From positions 59,060 to 123,059 of the forward strand of contig JARYMI010000002.1 in assembly GCA_029907205.1 (NCBI GenBank): a stretch of DNA of 64,000 nucleotides, given 5' to 3'. The notes beneath the pieces are model-generated. The model made no database searches and was not told the origin of the DNA. It saw only the letters and a program-made list of their open reading frames with translations. Made by a program: the position numbers and the translations under genes. This stretch comes from Clostridiales bacterium (lineage in GTDB: Bacteria; Acidobacteriota; Aminicenantia; Aminicenantales; UBA8522). This document shows positions 37,145 to 47,188 of this stretch, one piece after another. Each line of letters begins with the position of its first letter. Within the stretch, counting starts at the first letter, position 1.

Positions 37145-38143
37145 TTACTCCACCTTAAGCTCTCGCGACATGAGATATCGCAGCGAATCCCTCGGGCTTT
37201 TGTTTTCGTGGAGGACTTTGCATATTTCGGCTGAGATGGGCATGTCCACGCCTTCGCGCTCGGCGAGGCGGCGGACAGAGGTCGCTGTCGTGATGCCCTC
37301 AGCCACCGTTTTCATCGAGGCGAGGACGACGGAAAGGCTCTTGCCTTGTCCCAGCTCAAACCCGACATGATAATTGCGACTCATCCTGGCCGTGCATGTG
37401 AGAACCAGGTCACCCAGGCCGGCGAGTCCGAGGAATGTTTCCTTGTTGGCCCCGAGTTTGAGACCGAGACGGGTGATCTCAGCAAGCCCCCGGGTGATCA
37501 GAGCGGCCCTGGAATTGTGACCGAACCGCAGGGCATCTGAAATGCCTGCGGCCAAAGCGATGACGTTTTTGAGCGCGCCGGCGAGCTCAACGCCGGCAAC
37601 GTCCTCGCTTGTATACACCCGGAAGGTTAGATCCGATACCAAGCGCTGGATCGATCTGGCGACATCTCTGTCAGACGACGCCGCGACAACCGCGGTCGGA
37701 TGGCGCTCGGCCACTTCCCGGGCGAAGCTCGGGCCAGAGAGCACAGCGATCCGGGGACGCGATAAGGCCGGAAAAACCTCGGCCATTATCTCGGTCATTC
37801 TCTTAAGCGAACCTTCCTCAATGCCCTTGGTCAGGCTGACGACAATCTGGGTTGCTCGGACCGAAGAGGCCATCTTCGTGTAGACGTGGCGGCAAAACCG
37901 AGAGGGCACGGCAATGAAAACGACATCTGCCGTTCGAACAGCTTCGGCAACGTCCCCAGAGAAGCTAACCTTGGCAGGAAGGACAAATCCTGGAAGGAAG
38001 AGGCGATTCTCGCGTGCGGATCGTAGCTCCTCGAGGATTTCAGGTTCGCGAACCCAAAGCGTCGTCTCGATGCCAAGGCGGCCGAGATGAAGGGCAAAGG
38101 TTGTTCCCCAGCTTCCTCCGCCGACAACTGCGGCTTTCATCAA
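37145..38143 (-). CDS. gpsA: NAD(P)H-dependent glycerol-3-phosphate dehydrogenase
   Basis: MMKAAVVGGGSWGTTFALHL Rossmann start; GpsA core (…GLAGLGDLVLTC…). Confidence 0.85.
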   Translation of the reverse strand: MMKAAVVGGGSWGTTFALHLGRLGIETTLWVREPEILEELRSARENRLFLPGFVLPAKVSFSGDVAEAVRTADVVFIAVPSRFCRHVYTKMASSVRATQIVVSLTKGIEEGSLKRMTEIMAEVFPALSRPRIAVLSGPSFAREVAERHPTAVVAASSDRDVARSIQRLVSDLTFRVYTSEDVAGVELAGALKNVIALAAGISDALRFGHNSRAALITRGLAEITRLGLKLGANKETFLGLAGLGDLVLTCTARMSRNYHVGFELGQGKSLSVVLASMKTVAEGITTATSVRRLAEREGVDMPISAEICKVLHENKSPRDSLRYLMSRELKVE

Positions 38144-38739
38144 CGCTTAACCTCCATGCGCTGGCCGAATTTTCTCTCCTGGCCGCGGCAAAGCCGCCTG
38201 ATATTTCCTGCGTGGCGAAGAGCAATAAGGAGAAAAACAGCCAGCCCCACAAGCGCAAGCTCTCTGTCGCGTTCGATGACCAGGGCGAGAGCGGGAAAAG
38301 AAAAAGTAGCCAGGAGCGAACCGAGCGAAACGTACCGAGTCCAGGCGATGACGCCGACAAAAATGGCCAGGCTCAAGCCGAACGGAAGCGGCGCCAGCAC
38401 GGCGTAAGAGCCCATGGCCGTAGACACACCTTTTCCGCCCCTGAACCTGAGGAAAACGGGAAAACAATGTCCCAGCACAGCCATGAAAGCAGAGGCAAGC
38501 GCCACTCGCCGGTCATCGAACAGCTCGAGCGCCAGCCAGACCGGAAGAGCTGCTTTGCAAACATCGAAGACGACGACAGGCGCCGCGTACTTCCAACCTT
38601 TGAGCCTTAAAACATTTGTGGCGCCTGTGCTCTGACTGCCGAATAGGCGGATGTCTTTTTTTTCGCTCATCCGGAAAAAAATATAGCCAAACGGCACAGC
38701 CCCAAGACAATAGGTCAGGACAATGAATAGAGCTTTCAC
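38140..38739 (-). CDS. plsY: Glycerol-3-phosphate acyltransferase PlsY
   Basis: …FGSQSTGATNVLRLKGWK… PlsY signature. ~5 TM. Overlaps gpsA by 4 nt. Confidence 0.8.
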   Translation of the reverse strand: MKALFIVLTYCLGAVPFGYIFFRMSEKKDIRLFGSQSTGATNVLRLKGWKYAAPVVVFDVCKAALPVWLALELFDDRRVALASAFMAVLGHCFPVFLRFRGGKGVSTAMGSYAVLAPLPFGLSLAIFVGVIAWTRYVSLGSLLATFSFPALALVIERDRELALVGLAVFLLIALRHAGNIRRLCRGQERKFGQRMEVKR

Positions 38740-39290
38740 CCCAGCGGGTACTCCCCAAGAATGCTGTATTCTGCGCCCGTCGGCTTGAGAATGCTCTGAA
38801 ATAAGGTCAAACGCAAAACTTCTGTTTCGCCGAAAACCGTGGCTGCCTCTTTCTGGAATTCCTCGATCACTGGCCCAAGGCCATGGGAGGATTTGACCCG
38901 GCCCAAGGTCAAATGCGGCTGAAAGCCGCGCTTTTCCCTGAGAAATCCCAGTCTTTCCATTTCCTTTTCCAGGTCCTCTTGAAGCTCTCTCAGGTCAGAG
39001 ATGTCCTTGATGCCGACCCAAAGGACGCGCGCCTTGCGGCCGGGAGGAAAGGTGCCCGTGCCCTGAAAATTTAGGACGAAGGGCTTATGCCGCCTGGCCA
39101 AAACACCGAGGGCGCTCTTGACCTTTTCCGCCGTTTCCTCTCTGATTTCGCCGAGGAACTTAAGCGTCAAGTGCATTCCTTCCGTCCTAACCCATCGGAT
39201 ATCCCCGCCCCGACGGCGGAGCTGGCAGATTAACCCCCCCAGCTTTTCTTTCAGGGGTTTATCCAGGTCACAAGCGATAAAAGCCCTCAT
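38736..39290 (-). CDS. RNA 2',3'-cyclic phosphodiesterase (2H phosphoesterase, ThpR/LigT-like)
   Basis: Two H-x-T/S-x motifs: HLTLKFLG and HLTLGRV. Confidence 0.7.
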   Translation of the reverse strand: MRAFIACDLDKPLKEKLGGLICQLRRRGGDIRWVRTEGMHLTLKFLGEIREETAEKVKSALGVLARRHKPFVLNFQGTGTFPPGRKARVLWVGIKDISDLRELQEDLEKEMERLGFLREKRGFQPHLTLGRVKSSHGLGPVIEEFQKEAATVFGETEVLRLTLFQSILKPTGAEYSILGEYPLG

Positions 39291-40573
39291 TTTTTTGTTT
39301 TTTCTCCTCTGAAGACAGACAGGCCGAGAAGACGGCGACGCAGCATGTCCAGGGCCTTTTGGGTGGACTGAAATTTTATCTGCCGTCTGCTGCCCAGAAA
39401 AAGATTTTTCTCGACTTCTGTTCCCTCAGACGAATCTAAGGCAACAAAGACAAGCCCGACGGGCTTGCGCAGGGTGCCACCAGCAGGGCCAGCGATGCCG
39501 GTGATAGCGAGACCATAGCTGGCCCTTGCACGCTGGCGAATGCCTCTGGCCATAGCCAGGGCAGCCTCAAAACTAACCGCTCCGTGTTTGGCCAGAAGAG
39601 AAGGGTCAACAGCCAAAACGTCGGTTTTTGCTTCGTTTGAGTAGACGACAACGCCTTCCAGAAAATAATCAGAGCTTCCCGGGACGTTGGTCAGTCTGTG
39701 GCCGAGCAAACCGCCGCTGCAGGACTCGGCCACGGCCAATGTCTTTTTTTTTCCTCTGAGCAGGTTCCCGACCACTTCTTCGAGCTCTTGGCCGCCTTCA
39801 GAAAAAATATGATCCCTGAGCCGGACGGAAATTTTTTTCCTAAGCCTTTCGAGTTTTATCTCAGCCTGGCTCTGGCTTTTGACAGAGACGGCAGAAAGGT
39901 GGACCTCGATCTGCCCGGGGCGGGCAAGGAGGGTGACTTTCACATCGCCTTTCCTCGGGTAGAGGTCCCTGATCAGGCTTTCTACTCTTGACTCAGTCAT
40001 TCCGGTCGTCTTGAGCACTTTCCGCGCCAGATGCTTATACCGCTGCGCTTCGAGCCGTGGCCGGACAAACTCCTCGAACATCGGCTTCAGCTCATGCGGG
40101 GGACCAGGAAGGAGAACGATTTTATTTGTCCCGGCCTCAACCCATTGGCCAGGCGCGGTCCCTCTCCGGTTGGGAAGCGCGACGGCCCCTTCGATGAGGT
40201 ACGCTTGCTTGATAGCGGAGGAAGGCATGGCGATTTTTCTTTTTTTGAACCGCAACCTGATCCGCCTCAAGACGTCTTTATTTAAGACCAGCTTCCTCTT
40301 TAAGACCTTGGCGAACGCCAGGGAGGTCAGGTCGTCAGCCGTTGGGCCAAGCCCTCCCACAGCAAGAAGGAGGCTGGCCCGGTCGAGCGCCAAGGTGATG
40401 CAGAGAAGGAGGTTCTCCAAGTCATCGCCAACGATCGTTTTGAAAGAAACCTCGTAGCCGAAGTCGTTAAGCTGTTGCGTAAGGTAAAGTGAGTTCGTGT
40501 CCAGGTAGTAAGGGGTGAGGAGCTCGGAACCGATAGCCAATATTTCGACTCGATCAAGGAATTTCTTCTTCAC
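39287..40573 (-). CDS. cinA: CinA-family protein (MoCF-like N-domain + nicotinamide-nucleotide amidohydrolase PncC domain)
   Basis: MKKKFLDRVEILAIGSELLTPYYLDTNSLYL…, a C-terminal CinA domain …LAVAESCSGGLLG…. Confidence 0.8.
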   Translation of the reverse strand: MKKKFLDRVEILAIGSELLTPYYLDTNSLYLTQQLNDFGYEVSFKTIVGDDLENLLLCITLALDRASLLLAVGGLGPTADDLTSLAFAKVLKRKLVLNKDVLRRIRLRFKKRKIAMPSSAIKQAYLIEGAVALPNRRGTAPGQWVEAGTNKIVLLPGPPHELKPMFEEFVRPRLEAQRYKHLARKVLKTTGMTESRVESLIRDLYPRKGDVKVTLLARPGQIEVHLSAVSVKSQSQAEIKLERLRKKISVRLRDHIFSEGGQELEEVVGNLLRGKKKTLAVAESCSGGLLGHRLTNVPGSSDYFLEGVVVYSNEAKTDVLAVDPSLLAKHGAVSFEAALAMARGIRQRARASYGLAITGIAGPAGGTLRKPVGLVFVALDSSEGTEVEKNLFLGSRRQIKFQSTQKALDMLRRRLLGLSVFRGEKTKK

Positions 40574-41022
40574 ATCAGAGCCCTAAAAACGAAAAAAAGA
40601 AAGACCCGGGCTATCAGCCCGGCCAATAAGTCATCAGCCATAATACCCCATCCGCCTGGAAGCCTTTCTGCCCTTCGGATCGGATAAGGCTTAACGATGT
40701 CGAAAAACCGGAAAAGGAAAAAAGAAAGGCCAACTGCTGTCCAGCTTGCCGGCACGGCGAAGAGGGAGATGAGCTGGCCTGAGGCTTCGTCCACAACGAT
40801 CCGGCGTGGATCATCGCGGCCGAGTTCGGCCGCATAGACAGCCGAGGCAACCAGCCCGAGGCCGCCGAGGAGGACAAAAAGCACAAGATAAAATGGCCAG
40901 GACAGCCGGAAAAGGAAGAATTTATACATCAAGGCGACGGCCAGGCTGGCCGCGGTGCCGGGAGCGACAGGGATAAACCCGATGCCGCAGCAGGTAGCAA
41001 CGACTTTCCAGATAGCTTTCAT
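40570..41022 (-). CDS. pgpA: Phosphatidylglycerophosphatase A
   Basis: …TCCGIGFIPVAPGTAASL… PgpA signature. 150 aa membrane protein. Confidence 0.7.
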   Translation of the reverse strand: MKAIWKVVATCCGIGFIPVAPGTAASLAVALMYKFFLFRLSWPFYLVLFVLLGGLGLVASAVYAAELGRDDPRRIVVDEASGQLISLFAVPASWTAVGLSFFLFRFFDIVKPYPIRRAERLPGGWGIMADDLLAGLIARVFLFFVFRALM

Positions 41023-42389
41023 CTGCTGATCATGCCGTGTAAATCATATACATCCACGGCTGTGATTTCAACTTTCTCGATAACGCGAAGGCGCCTGCCA
41101 CAAGGCGATGGAGCACGGACATAGATGACGCCGTCCACTTCAGGCGCCTGGAATCGCCCCCGTCCGCGGAGAGCCAACCCGTCGCGGCGAAGGAAAGCAG
41201 ACGGAGACGTGGATTCAATCAAGACGTCAACACGCTGGCCCAAGTATCTCTTGTTATTGGCAAAAGATATCTCCGCCTGCAGGTCCATGATTTCTTGTTG
41301 CCGCCTGATCTTGACGCCTTCCGCAACCGGGTCACCAAGGCGGAAAGCCGGCGTCCCTTCTTCAGGAGAATAGGTGAAGACGCCGAGGTGGTCAAACCTT
41401 GCCTCTCGGACAAAATCTTTCAGCCTCAAGAACTCCCTCTTCCCTTCCCCCGGAAACCCGACGATGAGGGACGTGCGTATCGACGCGTCGGAGACCCTGC
41501 TGCGGATTCTGTCCAAGAGAGCCATGGCCCGCCGGCTGTCCATGCTCCGCCCCATCACTTTAAGGATGGAGGGGTCAGCATGTTGAAACGGAAGGTCGAA
41601 GTAAGAACAGATTTTTGTTGCCGTCATCACATCAAGAAGGTTTATAGAAATTTCTTCGGGATAGCCATAGAGGATCCGAATCCAGCCGAGTCGCGGGAGA
41701 GAAGAGAGTTTTTCCAACAGCTTGGCCAGGCCGTTTTTCATGCCGCGGTCGCGGCCGTAAGAGGTCGTGTCTTGGGAAATCAGGTTGATTTCCCTGACGC
41801 CGAGGTGAACGAGCTGGCGCGCTTCTTCGATGATCGAGTCGATGGGACGGGACCGGTACGGACCCTTGATCAGCGGGATAGCGCAGAATGAGCACTTGTG
41901 GGAACATCCCTCGGAGATTTTAATATAGGCCCAGGAAGAAGGAGTGGAGAGGAGGCGGGGTGTCGTGTGGCTGCAGAGAAAAGTCCTGCGGCCTGCACGA
42001 AAAGGCTTGCCCTCGATAGCTTGAACGATTTTATCGTAATCTTTGACGCCGAGCCAGATATCAACCTCAGGAAATGCCTGCTCAAGGCTGTTCTTGTACC
42101 GCTCCACGTAGCAGCCAGCAGCAACAACGAGAGGCCTTTTTTTCCTTTTTTTTAAGCTGAGGGCATCCTCGATGGCCCGAGCCGCTTCTTCCCGTGCAGG
42201 CGTGATGAACCCGCACGTGTTGAGGATGACAACGTCGGCTTTTTCAGGCTCTGGCAGGATGGCGTAGCCGGCCCCGCTGAGATACCCAAGCATGACTTCG
42301 CTGTCAACCAGGTTCTTCGCGCAGCCGTAGCTAATAAGGGCGACGCTCTTTCGTTTATGGGAATGAGGCCAGGACATGAGGGCCATCAA
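41019..42389 (-). CDS. rimO: Ribosomal protein S12 methylthiotransferase (MiaB-family radical SAM)
   Basis: MTTase N-domain …[13 protein letters not shown]…; radical [11 protein letters not shown]; C-terminal TRAM domain. Confidence 0.7.
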   Translation of the reverse strand: MMALMSWPHSHKRKSVALISYGCAKNLVDSEVMLGYLSGAGYAILPEPEKADVVILNTCGFITPAREEAARAIEDALSLKKRKKRPLVVAAGCYVERYKNSLEQAFPEVDIWLGVKDYDKIVQAIEGKPFRAGRRTFLCSHTTPRLLSTPSSWAYIKISEGCSHKCSFCAIPLIKGPYRSRPIDSIIEEARQLVHLGVREINLISQDTTSYGRDRGMKNGLAKLLEKLSSLPRLGWIRILYGYPEEISINLLDVMTATKICSYFDLPFQHADPSILKVMGRSMDSRRAMALLDRIRSRVSDASIRTSLIVGFPGEGKREFLRLKDFVREARFDHLGVFTYSPEEGTPAFRLGDPVAEGVKIRRQQEIMDLQAEISFANNKRYLGQRVDVLIESTSPSAFLRRDGLALRGRGRFQAPEVDGVIYVRAPSPCGRRLRVIEKVEITAVDVYDLHGMISR

Positions 42390-43684
42390 GGATAAATTCT
42401 ATACAGCAAACGAGGGAAGGGGATCGTCTCACGGATGTGCTTGATTCGGCACAGCCAGGCCAGAGTCCGCTCCACGCCAAGGCCAAACCCGGCGTGAGGG
42501 ACGCTGCCGTATTGCCGAAGGTCGATATACCACTCGTAGGCCTGGCGAGGCAAGTTGTGCTCCTTGAGCCGTTTCTCCAGGAGCCCGAGGTCGTGAATGC
42601 GCTGCCCGCCGCCGATGATTTCGCCGAAGCCTTCTGAGGCCAGCATGTCCACGCCTAGGACAACGTCGGGCCTTTCCGGTGCGGGTTGCATATAGAAGGC
42701 CTTGATCGCGGCAGGAAAATGAGTGACACAGACCGGGAGGTCGAAAATCTCAGACATCATCGTTTCTTCGGGCGCGCCGAAATCATTCCCCCAAGTGATG
42801 GCTGACCCTTTTTGTTTAAGCAGCTGGACGGCTTCATCGTATGTAATACGGGGAAAAGGCTTTTTTATCCGCTCAAGCGGCTTTGTGTCTCGCTCGAGGA
42901 TATCGAGCTCCTGGCGTCGGCGCGACAGCACTCGCCCAAGGATGAAGAGGACCAGGTCCTCTGCGAGCTCTATGATGTCTTCAAGGCTGGCAAAGGCAAC
43001 TTCCGGCTCGACCATCCAGAATTCAATCAGGTGACGCCGAGTCTTGGATTTTTCGGCCCGGAAAGTAGGCCCGAAACAGTAGACTTTGCCGAAGGCCATG
43101 GCTGTGGCCTCGTTGTAAAGCTGGCCGCTCTGGCTGAGAAAGGCTTTCTGGTCAAAGTACTGAGTTTCGAAGAGGGTCGTCGTTCCCTCGCAAGCGCTCG
43201 GTGTCAGGATGGGGGTGTCCATGAGCCGGAACCCACGGCCGTCGAAGAAATCACGGATGGCCCGGATGAGCTCAGCTCGGACCTGAAGAACAGCGTGCTG
43301 CTTGCGGGAGCGGAGCCAGAGATGGCGGTGCTCCATCAAGAAGGCTGTGCTGTGCTCTTTCGGGGAGATCGGATAATCTCTGGCGATCTGAACAGTTTCC
43401 ATATCGGCGATCTCAAGCTCATAGCCGCCGGGCGCTCTTTTGTCCTGGCGAACCCGGCCCCTGACGATAAGCGAAGACTCCTGGGTCAGAGCGTCAAATT
43501 GAGCAAACAGGGGATGGCATTTTTCTGGGCTGAAGATGGTGGCCTGGAGGACTCCTGTGCCGTCGCGGATGAGCAGGAATCGGATCTTGCCGCTCGACCG
43601 CTTGTTGAACAACCATCCGCGGACCTCGACGTCCTCGCCAGCGTGCCGGGAGACATCTTCGATGTAAACCCACTTCCATCTCAT
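42386..43684 (-). CDS. Class IIb aminoacyl-tRNA synthetase, asparaginyl- (or archaeal-type aspartyl-) tRNA ligase
   Basis: N-terminal OB anticodon-binding domain (…[26 protein letters not shown]…). Class II motifs 2 and 3 (…FRAE…, …[13 protein letters not shown]…IPFPR). 432 aa. Confidence 0.65.
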   Translation of the reverse strand: MRWKWVYIEDVSRHAGEDVEVRGWLFNKRSSGKIRFLLIRDGTGVLQATIFSPEKCHPLFAQFDALTQESSLIVRGRVRQDKRAPGGYELEIADMETVQIARDYPISPKEHSTAFLMEHRHLWLRSRKQHAVLQVRAELIRAIRDFFDGRGFRLMDTPILTPSACEGTTTLFETQYFDQKAFLSQSGQLYNEATAMAFGKVYCFGPTFRAEKSKTRRHLIEFWMVEPEVAFASLEDIIELAEDLVLFILGRVLSRRRQELDILERDTKPLERIKKPFPRITYDEAVQLLKQKGSAITWGNDFGAPEETMMSEIFDLPVCVTHFPAAIKAFYMQPAPERPDVVLGVDMLASEGFGEIIGGGQRIHDLGLLEKRLKEHNLPRQAYEWYIDLRQYGSVPHAGFGLGVERTLAWLCRIKHIRETIPFPRLLYRIYP

Positions 43685-43776
43685 TGTTCATCCATTATAG
43701 GGAAATCCTTCGACCAAAATCAAATTCCACTAGCGAATCTTGCAATGCGCCGATGTTTTGTTTATGTTGAAAGCAA

Positions 43777-44322
43777 ATGGCCGAACCAAGACCTTTCGCC
43801 CGAGCAAAATTAATCTGTGGCATCATCTCATCAGAGGCCCTCATCTTCCAAAAGGCGGAGGAGGAGCTTAAAGCTTTTTATGGACCAGTCGATTTGAAGA
43901 GCCAGTCGTTTCCCTTTGACCAGACCAGTTACTATGAACAGGAAATGGGAAAGGGCTTACGAAGGCAATTCCTGAGTTTCGAGAATCTGGTGGCGCCGGA
44001 AAGACTGAGCGCGATCAAGTTGGAGACGAATGCTCTAGAAAAAAAACTCCGAGAGGAGCTTGATTCAAGTCGGCGGGTTGCCAACATTGACCCGGGCATT
44101 CTGACAGCATCGTCCTTGATCATGGCCACAACAAAAGATTTTTCCCACCGCATCCCGCTGGCTAACGGAATTTATGCTCACCTTGAGCTTCTGTTCAGCA
44201 ACACCGGCGTCAGGCTTCTCGACTGGACTTACCCTGATTTCAGGCAGGAGGGTTATCAGAGATTCTTCCTCGAAGCCAGACGCCTTTACTTGCGTCAGGT
44301 CAAAACCCGCTGCCCGGGCTGA
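43777..44322 (+). CDS. Hypothetical protein (recalled as DUF4416-like, ~180 aa)
   Basis: No catalytic motif recognised. The assignment is from memory of the family only. Confidence 0.4.
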   Translation: MAEPRPFARAKLICGIISSEALIFQKAEEELKAFYGPVDLKSQSFPFDQTSYYEQEMGKGLRRQFLSFENLVAPERLSAIKLETNALEKKLREELDSSRRVANIDPGILTASSLIMATTKDFSHRIPLANGIYAHLELLFSNTGVRLLDWTYPDFRQEGYQRFFLEARRLYLRQVKTRCPG

Positions 44323-44326
44323 ATAC

Positions 44327-45130
44327 TTAATGTCCTCCCGATCCTTTGCGTTCACGATAGAAGCGGAGAAAATCCTTGAGAAGGGGGTCTCGGCCGAGGA
44401 GAGCTGAGGCGGCAGCCAACGCCGCCCTGAGTTCCTTATCCAGAGGATCGCATATGGCTGCGTCCAACCCCGTTTTCATGGCCAGGACCAGCAGAGTTCT
44501 GTTCAAGAGGCCGCGTTCAGGCAAGCCGAACGAGACATTGCTCAGCCCGGCCACTGTCTTTATACCAGGAAGCGTTTTTTTGATTGTTTTCAAGGATTCA
44601 AGAAAAAGCGATCCTGCCTTCGAATCCACGCCCAACGGCCGGACAAGCGGATCAATAAAGATGTCTTGTTCGCTAATCCCATGCCGGCTCAGCAGCTCCA
44701 CCATCCGTTGGGCTACAGCCAACGCCTGACGGGCATCAACCGGCAATCCCGTATCATCCAGGCAAAGGACAATGACCTGGGGCCTGAAATTCCGGATGAG
44801 TGGCAGGAGACTCTCGACCTTCGCTTTTTCGCCGGTCAGCGAGTTGAGCAGTGGCCGCCCTTTATAGAGCTCCATCGCGGCCTCCATGGCTCGCGCGTCG
44901 GGCGTGTCAAGAGCAAGGGGAACGCTAATATTTTTCTGGAGGAGCGGCACAGCCCAGCGCAAGGCTTCTAGTTCTCTATCCATCAAGGCAGAAGCGTTGA
45001 GGTCAATGTAGTCAGCTCCGGCTTGTTCTTGTAGCCTGGCCTCTTCGACAAAATAGGTCTCGTCTCTTCTGACGAGCGCATCGTGGACTGTTCGACGGCT
45101 CGAGTTCAGGCGCTCACCGATGATAATCAT
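44327..45130 (-). CDS. Pterin-binding (methyltetrahydrofolate-binding) domain protein, MetH domain-2-like / corrinoid methyltransferase-like
   Basis: MIIIGERLNSSRR…DYIDLNAS…GLSNVSFGLP…LNRTLLVLAMKTGLDAAICDP: the TIM-barrel pterin-binding signatures of MetH/AcsE/MtrH. Confidence 0.7.
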   Translation of the reverse strand: MIIIGERLNSSRRTVHDALVRRDETYFVEEARLQEQAGADYIDLNASALMDRELEALRWAVPLLQKNISVPLALDTPDARAMEAAMELYKGRPLLNSLTGEKAKVESLLPLIRNFRPQVIVLCLDDTGLPVDARQALAVAQRMVELLSRHGISEQDIFIDPLVRPLGVDSKAGSLFLESLKTIKKTLPGIKTVAGLSNVSFGLPERGLLNRTLLVLAMKTGLDAAICDPLDKELRAALAAASALLGRDPLLKDFLRFYRERKGSGGH

Positions 45131-46041
45131 GAGGGTTTGATAATTCCGGCCATCCGGCGGATGAACTCAGGGGTGGTGCCGCAGCAACCTCCGATGATGT
45201 TGGCTCCGCTGGCGATGATCTCAGGGATGTGCTGGACATAATCATCGATTTCCTGAGTGTATGTCACCGTGTCCCCGGCCGCCAGGACAGGCTGGCCAGC
45301 ATTAGGCTGGGCGATAAGGGGGAAAGATGTTTCTTTTTTCATTTCCTGGATGAGCGCAACCATGTCGGAGCTGTTCAGGGTGCAGTTCGCGCCAATAGCT
45401 CGCAGGCCGCCGCAGTCCACAATCTCGCGGATGCACTGCTTGACTCCGTTTCCCATGAGGGTAAAAAACCCGCGCGGCGTCCTGTTAAAAGTCATTGTTA
45501 CAAAAATCGGAAGAGGGGAGACCTTTTTGGCTGCTCTCAGAGCGCACAGGGCTTCTCTCAGGTCGTACATTGTTTCGATAAGCAAAAAGTCGACTTTTCC
45601 CGCGGTCAGGGCTTCGGCCTGAACCGCATAAGCCTCTTCGAACTCACGCTCCTCGTACTCGCCCTGAGGCTTGAGAAATTTTCCTGTCGGGCCTATGCTG
45701 CCCCCGACAAAAGTCCCTGGTTTTTTCGTTTCTCGGGCAATGCTCGCCGCAGCAAAGTTGAGCTCGTAACACCTCCCCTCAAGCCCGTGCGAACCGAGCT
45801 TGATCTTGTTCCCGCCGAAGGAGTTGGTCGAGACCGCATCCGCGCCCGCCTCGAAATAGCGGCGGTGGATTTCTCTGACCGCTTCAGGCCTGTCCACATT
45901 CCAAAGCTCTGGGCAGCCTCCTTGGGGAAGCCCGGCCCGGATGAGCTCGGTCCCCATTGCGCCGTCTAACAGGATGGTCCTTTCTCCAAGAAGTTGCCAG
46001 AACTTTTCCATCGGTGCTTTCTTATTATTCCTCTGGATCAA
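45127..46041 (-). CDS. Homocysteine S-methyltransferase domain protein (MetH domain-1-like)
   Basis: …LLDGAMGTEL…GADAVSTNSFG… and the C-terminal Zn-binding GGCCGTTPEFI. Confidence 0.7.
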   Translation of the reverse strand: MIQRNNKKAPMEKFWQLLGERTILLDGAMGTELIRAGLPQGGCPELWNVDRPEAVREIHRRYFEAGADAVSTNSFGGNKIKLGSHGLEGRCYELNFAAASIARETKKPGTFVGGSIGPTGKFLKPQGEYEEREFEEAYAVQAEALTAGKVDFLLIETMYDLREALCALRAAKKVSPLPIFVTMTFNRTPRGFFTLMGNGVKQCIREIVDCGGLRAIGANCTLNSSDMVALIQEMKKETSFPLIAQPNAGQPVLAAGDTVTYTQEIDDYVQHIPEIIASGANIIGGCCGTTPEFIRRMAGIIKPS

Positions 46042-47179
46042 AAGCGGAAATCTGCCTCAGTTTTTCGATGATCTCGGGAAGCTCTTTAAGGACAACATGG
46101 ACGTTCTCTTCGGTGTTGAACCTGCCCAATGATATGCGGATCGAGGAACGAGCGACTTCAGGCCGAAGGCCTATCGCGAGGAGCACATGGGAGACGTCCT
46201 CCGACTCTTCGCTGCACGCCGATCCCGTCGATACGTAGATCTCTTTCGTCGCCAAGGCAAGCAGAATCGCCTCAGCCTCAAGTCCGGGAAAAGAAAAGTT
46301 GAGCGTGTTCTTGACTCTTTTTTCAGGATGGCCGTTGAACATGGCCTTGGGGATTTTTTCTTCGATTCCTTTTTTCAGGCTATCAGCAAGCCGAGCGATT
46401 CTTTCCTTATCCCTCTTGCCTCTTTCCATCAGCAGGCGCACCGCCTCACCAAACCCGACAATGCCGATCGTGTTCTCGGTTCCGGCCCGGAGGCCTCTCT
46501 CCTGATGGCCGCCGTGGATAAACGGACAGATGTCAATTCCTTTGCGGACAAACAGCGCTCCTACACCTTTGGGGCCGTAAATCTTGTGAGCTGAGATCGA
46601 GAGGAGATCCACACCGAGTTTCTCCACGGTGAAGTCGAGTTTGCCGAAAGTCTGGACAGCGTCAGTGTGGACAAGAACACCTTTATCATGAGAGAGCTTG
46701 ACAATTTCCTCGATCGGCTGGATTGTCCCGATTTCGTTGTTGGCGTGCATGATTGAGACAAGGGCGGTCCGCGGCGTGATGGCGTCGCGGATGAAGCTGA
46801 GGTCGACCAAGCCAAACTCGTCAACCGGGGCGTAGCTTACCTTTATCCCCTTTTTTTCGAGATAATTGCCCACGCGGAGCACAGCCGGGTGCTCGATGGC
46901 CGAGGTGATGACTTCATTCTTCTCGGGATAGGTATCGAGGACGCCACGGATGGCGAAATTATCCGCCTCGGTTCCGGACCCGGTGAAGATGATCTCAGTG
47001 CGGCTGGCGCCAAGCGCTCTCGCCACAGTGTCCCTGGCCTCATTGACGATGTTCTTAACGGCTCGGCCGATCGGATAGAGCGAAGACGGGTTGCCAAAAT
47101 GCTCCCGGAGAAACCAGCACATCTTATCTGCGACAGCCGGGTCGAGCGGCGTCGTTGCATTATTGTCAAGGTAAATCAT
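46025..47179 (-). CDS. Cysteine desulfurase (NifS/IscS class V aminotransferase)
   Basis: MIYLDNNATTPLDPAV…; PLP lysine region …SISAHKIYGPKGVGAL…; …GSAC… active Cys. Confidence 0.8.
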   Translation of the reverse strand: MIYLDNNATTPLDPAVADKMCWFLREHFGNPSSLYPIGRAVKNIVNEARDTVARALGASRTEIIFTGSGTEADNFAIRGVLDTYPEKNEVITSAIEHPAVLRVGNYLEKKGIKVSYAPVDEFGLVDLSFIRDAITPRTALVSIMHANNEIGTIQPIEEIVKLSHDKGVLVHTDAVQTFGKLDFTVEKLGVDLLSISAHKIYGPKGVGALFVRKGIDICPFIHGGHQERGLRAGTENTIGIVGFGEAVRLLMERGKRDKERIARLADSLKKGIEEKIPKAMFNGHPEKRVKNTLNFSFPGLEAEAILLALATKEIYVSTGSACSEESEDVSHVLLAIGLRPEVARSSIRISLGRFNTEENVHVVLKELPEIIEKLRQISAFDPEE

Positions 47180-47188
47180 CGTCGTTCG

